DNA from: an uncultured beta proteobacterium
Lineage (GTDB): Bacteria > Pseudomonadota > Gammaproteobacteria > Burkholderiales > SHXO01
Assembly: GCA_963705615.1 (NCBI GenBank)
Contig: CAVPKE010000004.1
Span: 414,535 to 478,534, forward strand
DNA: 64,000 nucleotides
Direction of reading: 5' to 3'
Numbering within the stretch: the stretch's first letter is position 1; the number at the start of each line of letters is the position of its first letter. The translations under genes and the position numbers were made by a program. The notes beneath the pieces were generated by a model. The model had not been told where the DNA came from and made no database searches. It saw nothing but the letters and a program-made list of their open reading frames with translations. Shown here one piece after another: positions 30,587-40,642 of the stretch.

Positions 30587-32908
30587 TCCCACGCTCGGTC
30601 AAGTCGCCCACCATCCCGATCCCGTTCCACAAGCTGCTCAAGGTGGTCGCGATCGTCGATAGCGCCAACCCGCAGACCAAGCAGCTTCTCGACCACATCG
30701 CCGCGGAGAACTTCAAGGTCGAGGTGACCGACCGCTTCGAGCGCGACGTCTCCGAGGACGCCGCGGTCGGCGCGTACATCGCGTTGATCGACGGTGAGCG
30801 CCTCGAGCAAGCGCGCAAGATGGCGCTAGCGGTTCGCGCCATCGGCTTTCGCACGCCGCTCTGGGCGCTCGCGGACTCGCACCGCATCTCCGACATCGCC
30901 GTCGTCGGCGGGCTCGGCGAAGTGGACGGCTACATCTACCTCGGCCAGCAGACGCCCGCCTTCTATGCGAAGCAGGTCGTGGCGAGCCTCGTCAAGTATG
31001 GGAGAGAGCTGCTGCCGCCGTTCTTCGGCGGGCTCATGGCCTACGACGGCGAGGCCAACGTGGCGTTCGATTGCCCGGGCCACCAGGGCGGTCAGTTCTA
31101 CCGCAAGTCGCCGGCGGGTCAGCTCTTCTTCAAGCATTTCGGCGAGAGCGTGTTTCGCAACGACCTGTGCAACGCCGACGTGGACTTGGGCGATCTGCTC
31201 ATCCACGAAGGCCCCGCCGCGGAAGCGCAGCGCTACGCCGCAAAGGTGTTCGGCGCCGACAAGACCTATTTCGTCCTGAACGGCACGAGCACCTCCAACA
31301 AGGTGGTCACGAACGCGGTGCTGCGGCGCGGGGACCTGGTCCTCTTCGACCGCAACAACCACAAGTCCCTCCACCAGGGTGCCCTGGTAGGAGGCCGGCG
31401 CGATCCCGATCTTCCTGCCGACCTCACGCAATCCCTTCGGCATGATCGGTGCCGTCGACTGGGACGCCTGGGACGAAAAATATCTCCGGGAGCAGATACG
31501 GGCCAACCCGCTGGTGAAGGACCCGCAGCGGCACAAAGCCGAGCGCCCGTTCCGCCTCGCGTGCATCCAGCTCGCGACCTACGACGGCACGATCTACAAC
31601 GTCCGCAAGGTCCTGGAGAAGATCGGGCACCTGTGCGACTACGTGCTCTGGGACGAGGCGTGGATCGGCTACAACGCCTTCCATCCGCTGTTCGAGGACC
31701 ACAGCCCGATGCGGCTGGAGAAGCTGGCACCGGAGATGCCCGGGCTGTTCTCGACGCAATCCGTCCACAAGCAGGGCGCCGGTTTCTCGCAGGCTTCCCA
31801 GATCCACAAGCGCGACGAGCATATCCGCGGCCAGCGGCGCTTCATCGAGCACAAGCGCTTCAACGAGTCGTTCCTGATGCACGCGTCCACGTCGCCCTTT
31901 TATCCGCTGTTCGCCTCTCTGGACGTGAACGCCAAGGTTCACGAGGGCAAGGCCGGTGAGATGCTGTGGGACCGGTGCATCGAGCTGGGCATCGAGGCCC
32001 GCAAGAAGATCCGCGAGTTCTGCCGCTACTTCGCGCGCACCGGGCAGAGCGACCAGGAGAAATGGTTCTTCGATCCGTTCGTGCCCGATGTGGTGACGAT
32101 CCGGGGCTCGAAGTTCACCGCGGATGCGACTGACCTTCCCTGGGAGGACCTCCCCACGGAGGTGATCAAGCGCGAGCAGCAGTGCTGGAACTTCCATCCC
32201 AACAGCCGCTGGCACGGGTACTCTGGCTACGCCGACGGCTACGCGATGGTGGACCCCAACAAGCTCACGCTGCTCACACCAGGAATCGAGCGCAAGACCG
32301 GCGAGTACCTCGACTTCGGGGTGCCCGCCACGGTGGTCGCCAATTACCTGCGCGAGCAGCGCGTAGTCCCGGAGAAGTGCGATCTCAACAGCATCCTGTT
32401 CCTGATGACGCCGGCGGAGGACGAGAGCAAGCTCAACACGCTGATCGCGAAGCTCGTCAAGTTCAAGAATCTCTGGGATCGCGACGCACCGCTGCCCGAG
32501 GTCCTGCCAACCCTGTATGCGGCGCACAGCGAGCGCTACGCGGGCTACACGCTGCGCCAGGTCTGCAACGAGATGCACGACTTCTATCGCAAGGCGAACG
32601 TCAAGGATCTGCAGCGGCGCTGCTTCCGGGCGGCGAGCTTCCCGGAGCTCGCGATGTCACCTAAGGACGCCTACGAGGCCCTGGTCGCGAACGATGTCGA
32701 CTACGTGCCTCTGGAGAGCATCAAGGGTCGCATCTCCGCCACTCTCGCATTGATCTACCCGCCCGGCATCGGTGTCGTGGTCCCCGGCGAGCGCTGGGAC
32801 GAGCGCGCGCAGCCGATGCTCGACTACTTCCTGGCCTTTCAGGAGTCGTTCAACCGCTTCCCGGGCTTCAACTACGAGGTCCAGGGCGTGTTCCAGGAAC
32901 GCGAGTAG
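30583..32908 (+). CDS. speF: Ornithine decarboxylase, SpeF/SpeC type, frame break near 31392
   Basis: AFDCPGHQGG.F, ADKTYFVLNGTS.SNKVV, LFDRNNHKS, RPFRLA.IQL.TYDGTIYN, KIGHLCDY, TQSVHKQ.AGFSQ.SQIHK, FGVPATVVANYLRE..VVPEKCDLNSILFL.TPAED. ATGA overlap with ldcA. Confidence 0.9.
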
Positions 32909-32980
32909 CGGCCGCATCAAGTTCCACACGTACGTGGTCCGCGAGTGAGCGTCGCGAAGGGGAATGAAGGAGGAGGCACT

Positions 32981-34317
32981 ATGCAAGAAGCGAAGAAGAT
33001 GAATCTCACCCAGCTGACGTTCCTCGTCGCCGTGAACATGATGGGCTCCGGCATCATCATGCTGCCGACGAACATGGCGCAGGTCGGCGCGATCTCGCTC
33101 CTGTCCTGGATCGTGACGGCGCTGGGCTCGATGGCCATTGCCTACGGGTTCGCGCAGGCCGGCATCTTCAATCAACGCGAGGGAGGCCTGGCCGCCTATG
33201 CCGAGGACGCCTACGGCAAAGCGGGCTACTTTCAGGTGTTCTTTCTGTATTTCCTGTCGCTGGCGATCGCCAACGTCGCGGTTGCGATTTCGGCCGTAGG
33301 ATATCTGACCGCGTTCATCCCCTGGCTCTCGTCGACGCCGATCGCCACCTGCGTCGGGGTGATCGCGCTGCTCTGGCTGACCACGGTCGCGAACTTCGGA
33401 GGTCCCAGCCTGACGGGGCGCATCGGCGCGGTGACGGTATGGGGTGTCATCTTGCCGGTGGGGTTGATCTCGATCATCGGCTGGTTCTGGTTCAAGGGCG
33501 GCACGTTCGCGGCGGCCTGGAACCCTCAAGGACTCAGCCTGGCGGAAGGCATGGGCTCGAGCATATCGCTCACCCTGTGGGCTTTCCTGGGCATGGAGTC
33601 GGCAGCGCAGAACTCGGCCGCGGTAGAGAATCCAAAGCGCAATGTCCCGCTCGCTTGCATGTTAGGCACTCTGGGCGCCGCTGCGATCTACATCCTGTCG
33701 ACGACGGTGATTCAGGGCATCGTGCCGAACGCCGAGCTGGCGAAATCGACGGGCCCGTTCGGCCTGGCCTACGCCCAGATGTTCAACCCGACGGTTGGCT
33801 CCATCGTCATGGCCCTTGCGGTCATGGCCTGCCTCGGCTCGCTGCTCGGCTGGCAGTTCACGCTCGCCCAGACTGCGAAGGCGGCGGCGGACGAGCGCAT
33901 GTTTCCTGCCTTCTTCGCGAAAGTGACCTCGATGGGCGCACCGATCATCGGCATGGTCATCATGGGCGTCGTCCAGTCCCTGATGGCGTTGTCGACGATT
34001 TCGCCCGATCTCAGCAAGCAGTTCAGCGCCCTGGTGAACCTCGCCGTGGTCACCAACGTCCTTCCCTACATCATCGCTCTCTCCGCGTTGACGGTGATCA
34101 TGCAGGCGGCGGGCGTCACCGGATCGACGTACCGGCGCAACTACGGTGGTCGCGCTGGTCGCGATGCTCTACAGCGTCTACGCCCTGTATGCCTCCGGCA
34201 AGGACGCAGTGCTCGGCGGCATGCTGGTGATGGGCGATCGGTTTCGTGATCTGGGGTTTCATTGCACCCCGCTTCGCATCGGGGCAGCCGGCTGCCGCGC
34301 TGGCCAAAGGGGCCTGA
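32981..34317 (+). CDS. potE: Putrescine:ornithine antiporter PotE (APA family), frame breaks near 34140 and 34235
   Basis: Colinear with E. coli PotE: VNMMGSGIIMLPT, ANVA.AISAVGY, TVANFGG, ITVWGVI.P, WAFLG.ES, VENP.RNVP, GSLLGWQFT.AQ, LVNLAVVTN..PYI. Confidence 0.9.
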
Positions 34318-34352
34318 CCGTGAGCGGACGGACGGTTGAGAGGAGACAGAAC

Positions 34353-35298
34353 ATGCAAAGCGCACGATCGGGAAGCCCTCGGGGCCGTCGAGCTCGGATC
34401 GCGATCTTCGCGATCGCAATCGTCGCGGCGCTGCTCCCGCCGCTCGCGCAGGCGGCCGGGACCCGCCGGCACCTTGGAGCGGGTGCGGCAAACAGGCAAG
34501 CTCACGCTCGGCTATCGAGCCGACGCGCGGCCATTTTCCTATCGGGACGAGTCGGGCAACCCGGCCGGCTATTCGGTCGCGCTGTGCTCGCGTATCGCCG
34601 AGCAGGTGAAAGCCGAGCTTGGGCTCTCCACGCTGGCCGTGGAGTGGATGCCAGTCACGCTCGAGGATCGCTTCCGCGCCGTGCAGGAGGGCAAGATCGA
34701 CCTGCTGTGCGGCGCGGCTACCGCGTCGCTGTCGAGAATGAAAGAAGTCTCCTTCTCGATCGCGATCTTCCCGGGCGGGATCGGGGCGCTTCTGCGTGCG
34801 GACTCTTCTCCCGCGCTGCGCGACGTCCTGTCCCGGAAGCCGCCGTCGGGACCGTTCTGGCGTGCGCACCCGGCGCGGATCCTGGAGGGCAAGACCTTCT
34901 CGGTCGTCGGCGGCACGACAAGCGAGCGCTGGTTGGCCGGTCGGCTCGACACGTTCCAGCTCACCGCGAAGGTCGTTCCTGTCGACGGCTACGAGGCTGG
35001 CATCCGGCGGGTGCTCGACCGCAGCTCCGACGTCTTCTTCGGAGAGCGCGCCATCCTTCTGGACATCGCCAAGCGCGGCCCGTCAACGCGCGATTTGACC
35101 GTCCTCGATCGCCAGTTCACGTACGAGCCCATAGCCCTCGCATTCGCTCGCGGCGACGAGGACTTTCGTCTGGTCGTGGATCGAACCTTGAGCCGGCTGT
35201 TCGGCTCCAAGGAGTTCGGCGACTTGTACGCGAAGTGGTTCGGGAAGCCCGACGAGGACGCGCGCAACTTCTTCCGCTGGACGGCGCTGCCGGACTGA
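34353..35298 (+). CDS. Periplasmic amino-acid-binding protein (family 3 SBP), orphan, frame break near 34460
   Basis: Signal peptide ...[21 protein letters not shown], then [36 protein letters not shown]. No permease or ATPase genes nearby. Confidence 0.8.
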
Positions 35299-35320
35299 GA
35301 CTCGAGTGAGGAGCAAAACG

Positions 35321-36548
35321 ATGCAGAAATTCGGAGTTCACAGCGAAGTCGGCAAGCTCAGAACCGTGCTGGTATGCCGCCCGGGGCTGGCCCATCAACG
35401 GCTGACGCCGGGCAACGCCGGCGATCTGTTGTTCGACGATGTGCTCTGGGTGCAGGAAGCGCAGAAGGACCACTACGATTTCGTGCTCAAGATGCGCGAG
35501 CGCGGCATCGAGGTGCTCGACCTGCACGAGCTGCTGGCCGAGACGCTGAAAGACAAGGCGGCGCGTGCCTGGGTGCTGGACCGCCGCATCACCGTCAACG
35601 ACGTCGGTCTGGGCGCCTCCCGTTTCGTGCGCCCCTGGCTCGACGAGATGCCGGCGGAGAAGCTCGCCGAGCATCTGATCGGCGGCATCGCGATCCTGGA
35701 CGTTCCCAAGAGCGAATGGGCGACGATGCTGGCCGACGCCTATCGGCGGCACCGACTTCATCATCCCGCCGGTGCCCAACACGCTGTTCCAGCGCGACCC
35801 GTCCTGCTGGATCTACAACGGCGTCACCTGCAATCCGATGTACTGGCCCGCGCGCAAGCCCGAGACGCTGCTGCAGCGCGCGGTCTACAAGTTCCATCCG
35901 CGCTTCAAGGGCGGTGAGTTCAACATCTGGTGGGGCGATTCGGACGAGTACTTCGGCGGATCCTGCATGGAGGGCGGCGATGTCATGCCCATCGGCAAGG
36001 GCGTGGTGCTGATCGGAATGGGCGAGCGCACCACCCGTCAGGCCGTGTTCCAGGTCGCGGATCGGCTGTTCAAGCAGAAGGCGGCCACGCGCGTGATCGG
36101 CTGCCTGATGCCGAAGAGCCGCGCCGCCATGCACCTCGACACCGTGTTCAGCTTCTGCGACCGCGACCTGTGCACGGCGTTCCGCGAGGTCGTAGACCAG
36201 GTCCGTTGCTACAGCGCGCGCCCGACAGGGGACGGCGGGTTGGAGGTTCACCCCGACCAGGGACACCTGTTCGACGTCGTCAAGGAAGCGCTAGGGCTGA
36301 AAGAGCTGCGCGTCGTGGAGACCGGCGGTAACGCCTGGCAGGCGCAGCGCGAACAGTGGGACGACGGCAATAACGTGGTCGCGCTCGAGCCCGGTGTAGT
36401 GGTCGCATACGATCGCAACACATACACCAACACGCTGCTGCGCAAGGCCGGGGTCGAGGTGATTACGGTGCGCGGCTCGGAGCTGGGCCGCGGCCGCGGG
36501 GGCGGCCACTGCATGACGTGCCCGATCTCGCGCGACCCAGCGTATTGA
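35321..36548 (+). CDS. arcA: Arginine deiminase, frame break near 35745
   Basis: Colinear with P. aeruginosa ArcA: [23 protein letters not shown]...[105 protein letters not shown]. Confidence 0.95.
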
Positions 36549-36626
36549 GGACCGAGCGCGTTCTGAAAGCGTGTGCGAGTCGCAATAGACTGCCGAGCTT
36601 AGTCACCATTATGTAAGGAGAGCATC

Positions 36627-37631
36627 ATGAGCTTCAATCTGCGCAATCGCTCGCTGCTGACGGTGCAGGATTACACCCAGCGCGAGTTTCGTTACCTGCT
36701 CGACCTCGCGCGCGATCTGAAGCGCGCCAAGTACGCGCGCACCGAGCAGAAGCACCTCGACGACAAGGAGATCTGCCTGATCTTCGAGAAGACCTCGACC
36801 CGCACCCGCTGCGCCTTCGAGGTCGCCTGCTACGACCAGGGCGCGAACGTGACCTACCTCGATCCGGCGGGCTCGCAGATCGGCCACAAGGAGTCGTTCA
36901 AGGACACCGCGCGCGTGCTCGGGCGGATGTACGACGCCATCGAGTACCGCGGCGCCAGCCAGCACGGCGTCGAGACGCTTGCCAAGTACGCCGGCGTGCC
37001 GGTGTTCAACGGGCTGACCGACGAGTACCACCCGACCCAGATGATCGCCGACGTGATGACCATGCGCGAGCACAGCGACAAGCCGATATCCGAGATCAAG
37101 TACGCCTTCCTCGGCGACACGCGCAACAACATGGGACACTCGCTGATGATCGTCGGCTGCCTCATGGGGATGGACGTGCGCCTGTGCGGGCCGAAGAAGC
37201 TGTGGCCTTCGGACGAATTCGTGACGATTGCCCGCGACTTGGAGAAGAAGTACGGCGGGAAGCTCACCATCACCGACGACGCCAAGCAGGGGGTCAAGGG
37301 CGTGGACTTCATTCACACCGACGTCTGGGTCTCGATGGGCGAGCCGAAAGAAGTGTGGAAAGAGCGTATCGACCTGCTGCTCCCGTATCAGGTCAACGTG
37401 GATCTGATGAAGGCGAGCGGCAACCCGCACGTCAAGTTCATGCACTGCCTGCCCGCATTCCACGACACGGAGACCGTCCTGGGCAAACAGATCGCCGAGA
37501 CCTACGGCATCTCCAACGGGCTGGAGGTCACCAACGACGTGTTCGAGTCGGAGTACAACATCGCTTTCGAGCAGGCGGAGAACCGCATGCACACCATCAA
37601 GGCGATCCTGGTCGCCACGCTGGGCGAGTGA
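36627..37631 (+). CDS. arcB: Ornithine carbamoyltransferase, catabolic type
   Basis: Intact, 334 aa. [65 protein letters not shown]. Very close to the remembered ArcB. Confidence 0.95.
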   Translation: MSFNLRNRSLLTVQDYTQREFRYLLDLARDLKRAKYARTEQKHLDDKEICLIFEKTSTRTRCAFEVACYDQGANVTYLDPAGSQIGHKESFKDTARVLGRMYDAIEYRGASQHGVETLAKYAGVPVFNGLTDEYHPTQMIADVMTMREHSDKPISEIKYAFLGDTRNNMGHSLMIVGCLMGMDVRLCGPKKLWPSDEFVTIARDLEKKYGGKLTITDDAKQGVKGVDFIHTDVWVSMGEPKEVWKERIDLLLPYQVNVDLMKASGNPHVKFMHCLPAFHDTETVLGKQIAETYGISNGLEVTNDVFESEYNIAFEQAENRMHTIKAILVATLGE

Positions 37632-37666
37632 CGCCATGCGCGTAGCTCCGTGCGCGAACGGCTGAG

Positions 37667-38996
37667 ATGGCGGCGACGCCGAACGCGGCCAAGAGCCTGG
37701 GCCTCGCCGCCTGTACCGCGGTGGTGGTGGGCAACATGGTGGGCTCGGGCTTCTATCTGTCGCCCTCCGCCGTGGCGCCCTACGGCGTGCTCGCGATCCT
37801 CGCGTGGATCGTGATGGGCATCGGTGCCATCTGCCTCGGGCTCACCTTCGCGCGCCTGGCGCGGATCGCGCCGGCGACCGGCGGCCCGTACGCCTACACG
37901 CGCATGGCCTACGGCGACTTCGCCGGTTTCCTCGTCGGCTGGGGCTACTGGATTTCCATCTGGGCATCGCTGCCGGCGATCGCGTTCGCCTTCGCCGGCG
38001 CGGTCATGAACCTCGCGCCCGAGCACCTGTTCAACAAGCCCGTGGCGTTGATCCTGACGCTCGGCGCCATCTGGTTCGTGGTGCTGATCAACCTGCGCGG
38101 CGTGAAGACTGCCGGCATCTTCGCGGAGGTGACGACATACACCAAGCTCGTGCCTTTCGCCGCCATCGCCCTGGTCGGATTGTTCTACGTTCGCCGAGAG
38201 AACCTGTCTGAGTTCAATCCCAGCGGAGAATCGCTGCTCGCCTCGTTCGCGGCGCTCGCGCCGCTGACGATGTTCGCCTACCTCGGCCTCGAGTCGGCGA
38301 CGGTGCCGGCCGGCGACGTGCGCGACCCTCAGCGCACCATTCCCCGCTCGACCATCATCGGCATCAGCGTCGCCGCGCTGCTCTACGTGCTCGGGACCGT
38401 GGTCGTGTTCGGCGTCGTGCCGCGGCAAGCAGCTCGTGAATTCGGTGGCCCCGTTCAGCGATGCAGCGCGCCTCATGTGGGGCGCCTGGGGGGCGGGCGC
38501 GGTCGCGATCGCCGTGATCATCTCGTCGATCGGCGCGCTCAACGGCTGGACCCTGATGATGGGCCAGGTGCCCATGGCCGCCGCGCAGGACGGCGTGTTT
38601 CCGTCCGCATTCGGTCGATTGTCCGGGCGCGGCGTTCCGGCCGTCGGCATCGTGCTCTCGGCCGTGCTCGCCACCGGCCTGGTGGCTTTCCAGGCAATGG
38701 GCTCGCCCGGCGTGCGTGCCTTCTACAACCTCGTGGTCAGCTTGAGCACCATGGCGGCGGTCATTCCCTACGCGTTTTGCGCGCTGGCGGTCGGCCTGGT
38801 CGCAGCGCGCACGGCCGGCAGCGGCGGGAAGGTGCCGCGGGTCACCGTGATCGAAGGGATCGCGTTCGTCTTCTCGATCTTCACGGTCTACGGCTGCGGC
38901 GCGACGGCCGTCCTGTACGGCCTGCTCCTGCTCTTGCTTGGAATTCCGGTGTACGTGTGGCAGCGCCACCGCACGCTCTCATCGACTGCACCTTAG
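37667..38996 (+). CDS. APA/APC-family amino-acid (basic amino acid/polyamine-type) permease, frame break near 38430
   Basis: 12-TM APC pattern: [53 protein letters not shown]. It occupies the slot that arcD holds in arcDABC operons. Confidence 0.85.
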
Positions 38997-39009
38997 GAGA
39001 GATCGCACC

Positions 39010-39951
39010 ATGCTCGTCGTCACAGCCCTGGGCGGCAACGCCCTTCTGCGGCGGGGAGAGCCGATGACCGCCGAGAATCAGCGCCGCAACATCCGGATCG
39101 CCGCCGAAGCGCTCGCGCCGGTGGCGAGCGCGCATCAGCTGGTCGTGGGCCACGGCAACGGGCCCCAGGTCGGTCTGCTGGCGTTGCAAGGCGCCGCCTA
39201 CAGCAAGGTGGAAACCTATCCGCTCGATGTGCTGGGCGCGGAGACCGAGGGCATGATCGGCTACATGATCGAGCAGGAGCTGGGCAACCTGCTGCCGTTC
39301 GAGCGGCCCTTCGCCACCCTGCTGACCATGATCGAAGTCGATCCGGGCGATCCGGCGTTCAAGAACCCGACCAAGTTCATCGGGCCGGTCTACGCGAAAG
39401 AGGAAGCCGATCGCATCGCCAAGGAGAAGGGCTGGGTGTTCAAGCAGGACGGCGACAAGTGGCGGCGCGTCGTGGCCTCGCCGGAGCCCAAGCGCATCTT
39501 CGAGCTGCGCCCGATCAAGTGGCTGCTCGAGCGCAACACCATCGTGATCGCGGCGGGCGGCGGCGGCATCCCGACCATCTACGAGCCGGGTGCGCACCGC
39601 AAGCTGGTCGGCGTCGAGTGCGTGATCGACAAGGATCTGGCGTCGGAGTTGTTGGCGCGCGAGCTGGACGCGGATCTGTTCGTGATGCTGACCGACGCCG
39701 ATGCGGTCTACGTCGACTGGGGCAAACCTACGCAGAAGGCGATCCGGCGCGGCTCGCCGGCGGCGCTGGGAGCCATGCAGTTCGCTGCCGGCTCCATGGG
39801 GCCGAAGGTCGAGGCGGCGTGCCGGTTCGTCTCGGCCACAGGCAAACGAGCCGCGATCGGCGCGCTTGCGGACCTCGGCAAGATCATCGCCGGGGAGGCG
39901 GGGACGACCGTGTCGTCCAAAGAAAGCGGGATCGTCTACGCTGTGCAATGA
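39010..39951 (+). CDS. arcC: Carbamate kinase
   Basis: Intact, 313 aa. [41 protein letters not shown].....TD...VY..WG. Confidence 0.95.
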   Translation: MLVVTALGGNALLRRGEPMTAENQRRNIRIAAEALAPVASAHQLVVGHGNGPQVGLLALQGAAYSKVETYPLDVLGAETEGMIGYMIEQELGNLLPFERPFATLLTMIEVDPGDPAFKNPTKFIGPVYAKEEADRIAKEKGWVFKQDGDKWRRVVASPEPKRIFELRPIKWLLERNTIVIAAGGGGIPTIYEPGAHRKLVGVECVIDKDLASELLARELDADLFVMLTDADAVYVDWGKPTQKAIRRGSPAALGAMQFAAGSMGPKVEAACRFVSATGKRAAIGALADLGKIIAGEAGTTVSSKESGIVYAVQ

Positions 39952-39960
39952 GCTGCACCT

Positions 39961-39982
39961 GGGATGCCCCGCTGGGCATTCC
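39961..39982. terminator. Stem-loop between convergent arcC and STAS-like genes
   Basis: GGGATGCCC-cgct-GGGCATTCC lies 10 nt after the arcC stop. A second palindrome CACCGCGGTG sits at 39994-40003. No clear T-tract. Confidence 0.35.
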
Positions 39983-40011
39983 TGAATTGACAGCACCGCG
40001 GTGCGGTCTGG

Positions 40012-40377
40012 TCACCCGGCCTCGAGCCACGCGAGTGCCGCAGCGCGACTAGCGGCATCGAAAGTACGCAGCTGCGCGCTCACGAAGTGGCTCGCGATCT
40101 TTGGCGCCGCAGCAAGCAACGAGCTGTCCGTGACCACAGCGATGCGCCGGATCTGGCGATGGTGATCACGCACGAAGCGCAGATGAGACAGCAGCGCCGC
40201 GAAATTCTCCCAGCCTGGAAACGACGGTGCCTCGATCATCAGACCGTTGAGTTTGCCGTTCTGCTCGATGTAAGGATCGACGGCGGCCGCGAGCGCGGTG
40301 AAGTCTTCGGCCCGAAGCGCCCGGTCGGGTTTGAGGATCAAGATCCCTCGGTCGCGCAGGAGCTCGTGTTGGATCAT
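40012..40377 (-). CDS. STAS/SpoIIAA-like (DUF3478-type) small protein
   Basis: 121-aa intact ORF. Pattern ...GILILKP...L...DF..L...VDPYIE..G.L.GL.I....FPGWENF.AL..H.RFV..HH..I.RIAVVTD. Confidence 0.7.
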   Translation of the reverse strand: MIQHELLRDRGILILKPDRALRAEDFTALAAAVDPYIEQNGKLNGLMIEAPSFPGWENFAALLSHLRFVRDHHRQIRRIAVVTDSSLLAAAPKIASHFVSAQLRTFDAASRAAALAWLEAG

Positions 40378-40642
40378 GGCTCATGTCTCCAGATTGGTCC
40401 GCCGCGTCTGTAGCGATCGTCAAGCCAGCCTGCGCGGGGCGGAGGCGCGTACGCCTGGGGCGATTCTAGACACCAATGCGACAACCGGCAAGGCCGCGCC
40501 GTAGTCGTTATTTGATGTTGATCTATGTCGGGGCACCTGGTGTAACCGGAGAGTATAGTTCTTCAATCACGATCGCTGTCTGAGTCGCACCCGCCAGACG
40601 ATTCGCGCGGGCGAAGCGCTTTAACGTTCAAGGAGGTGTCTC

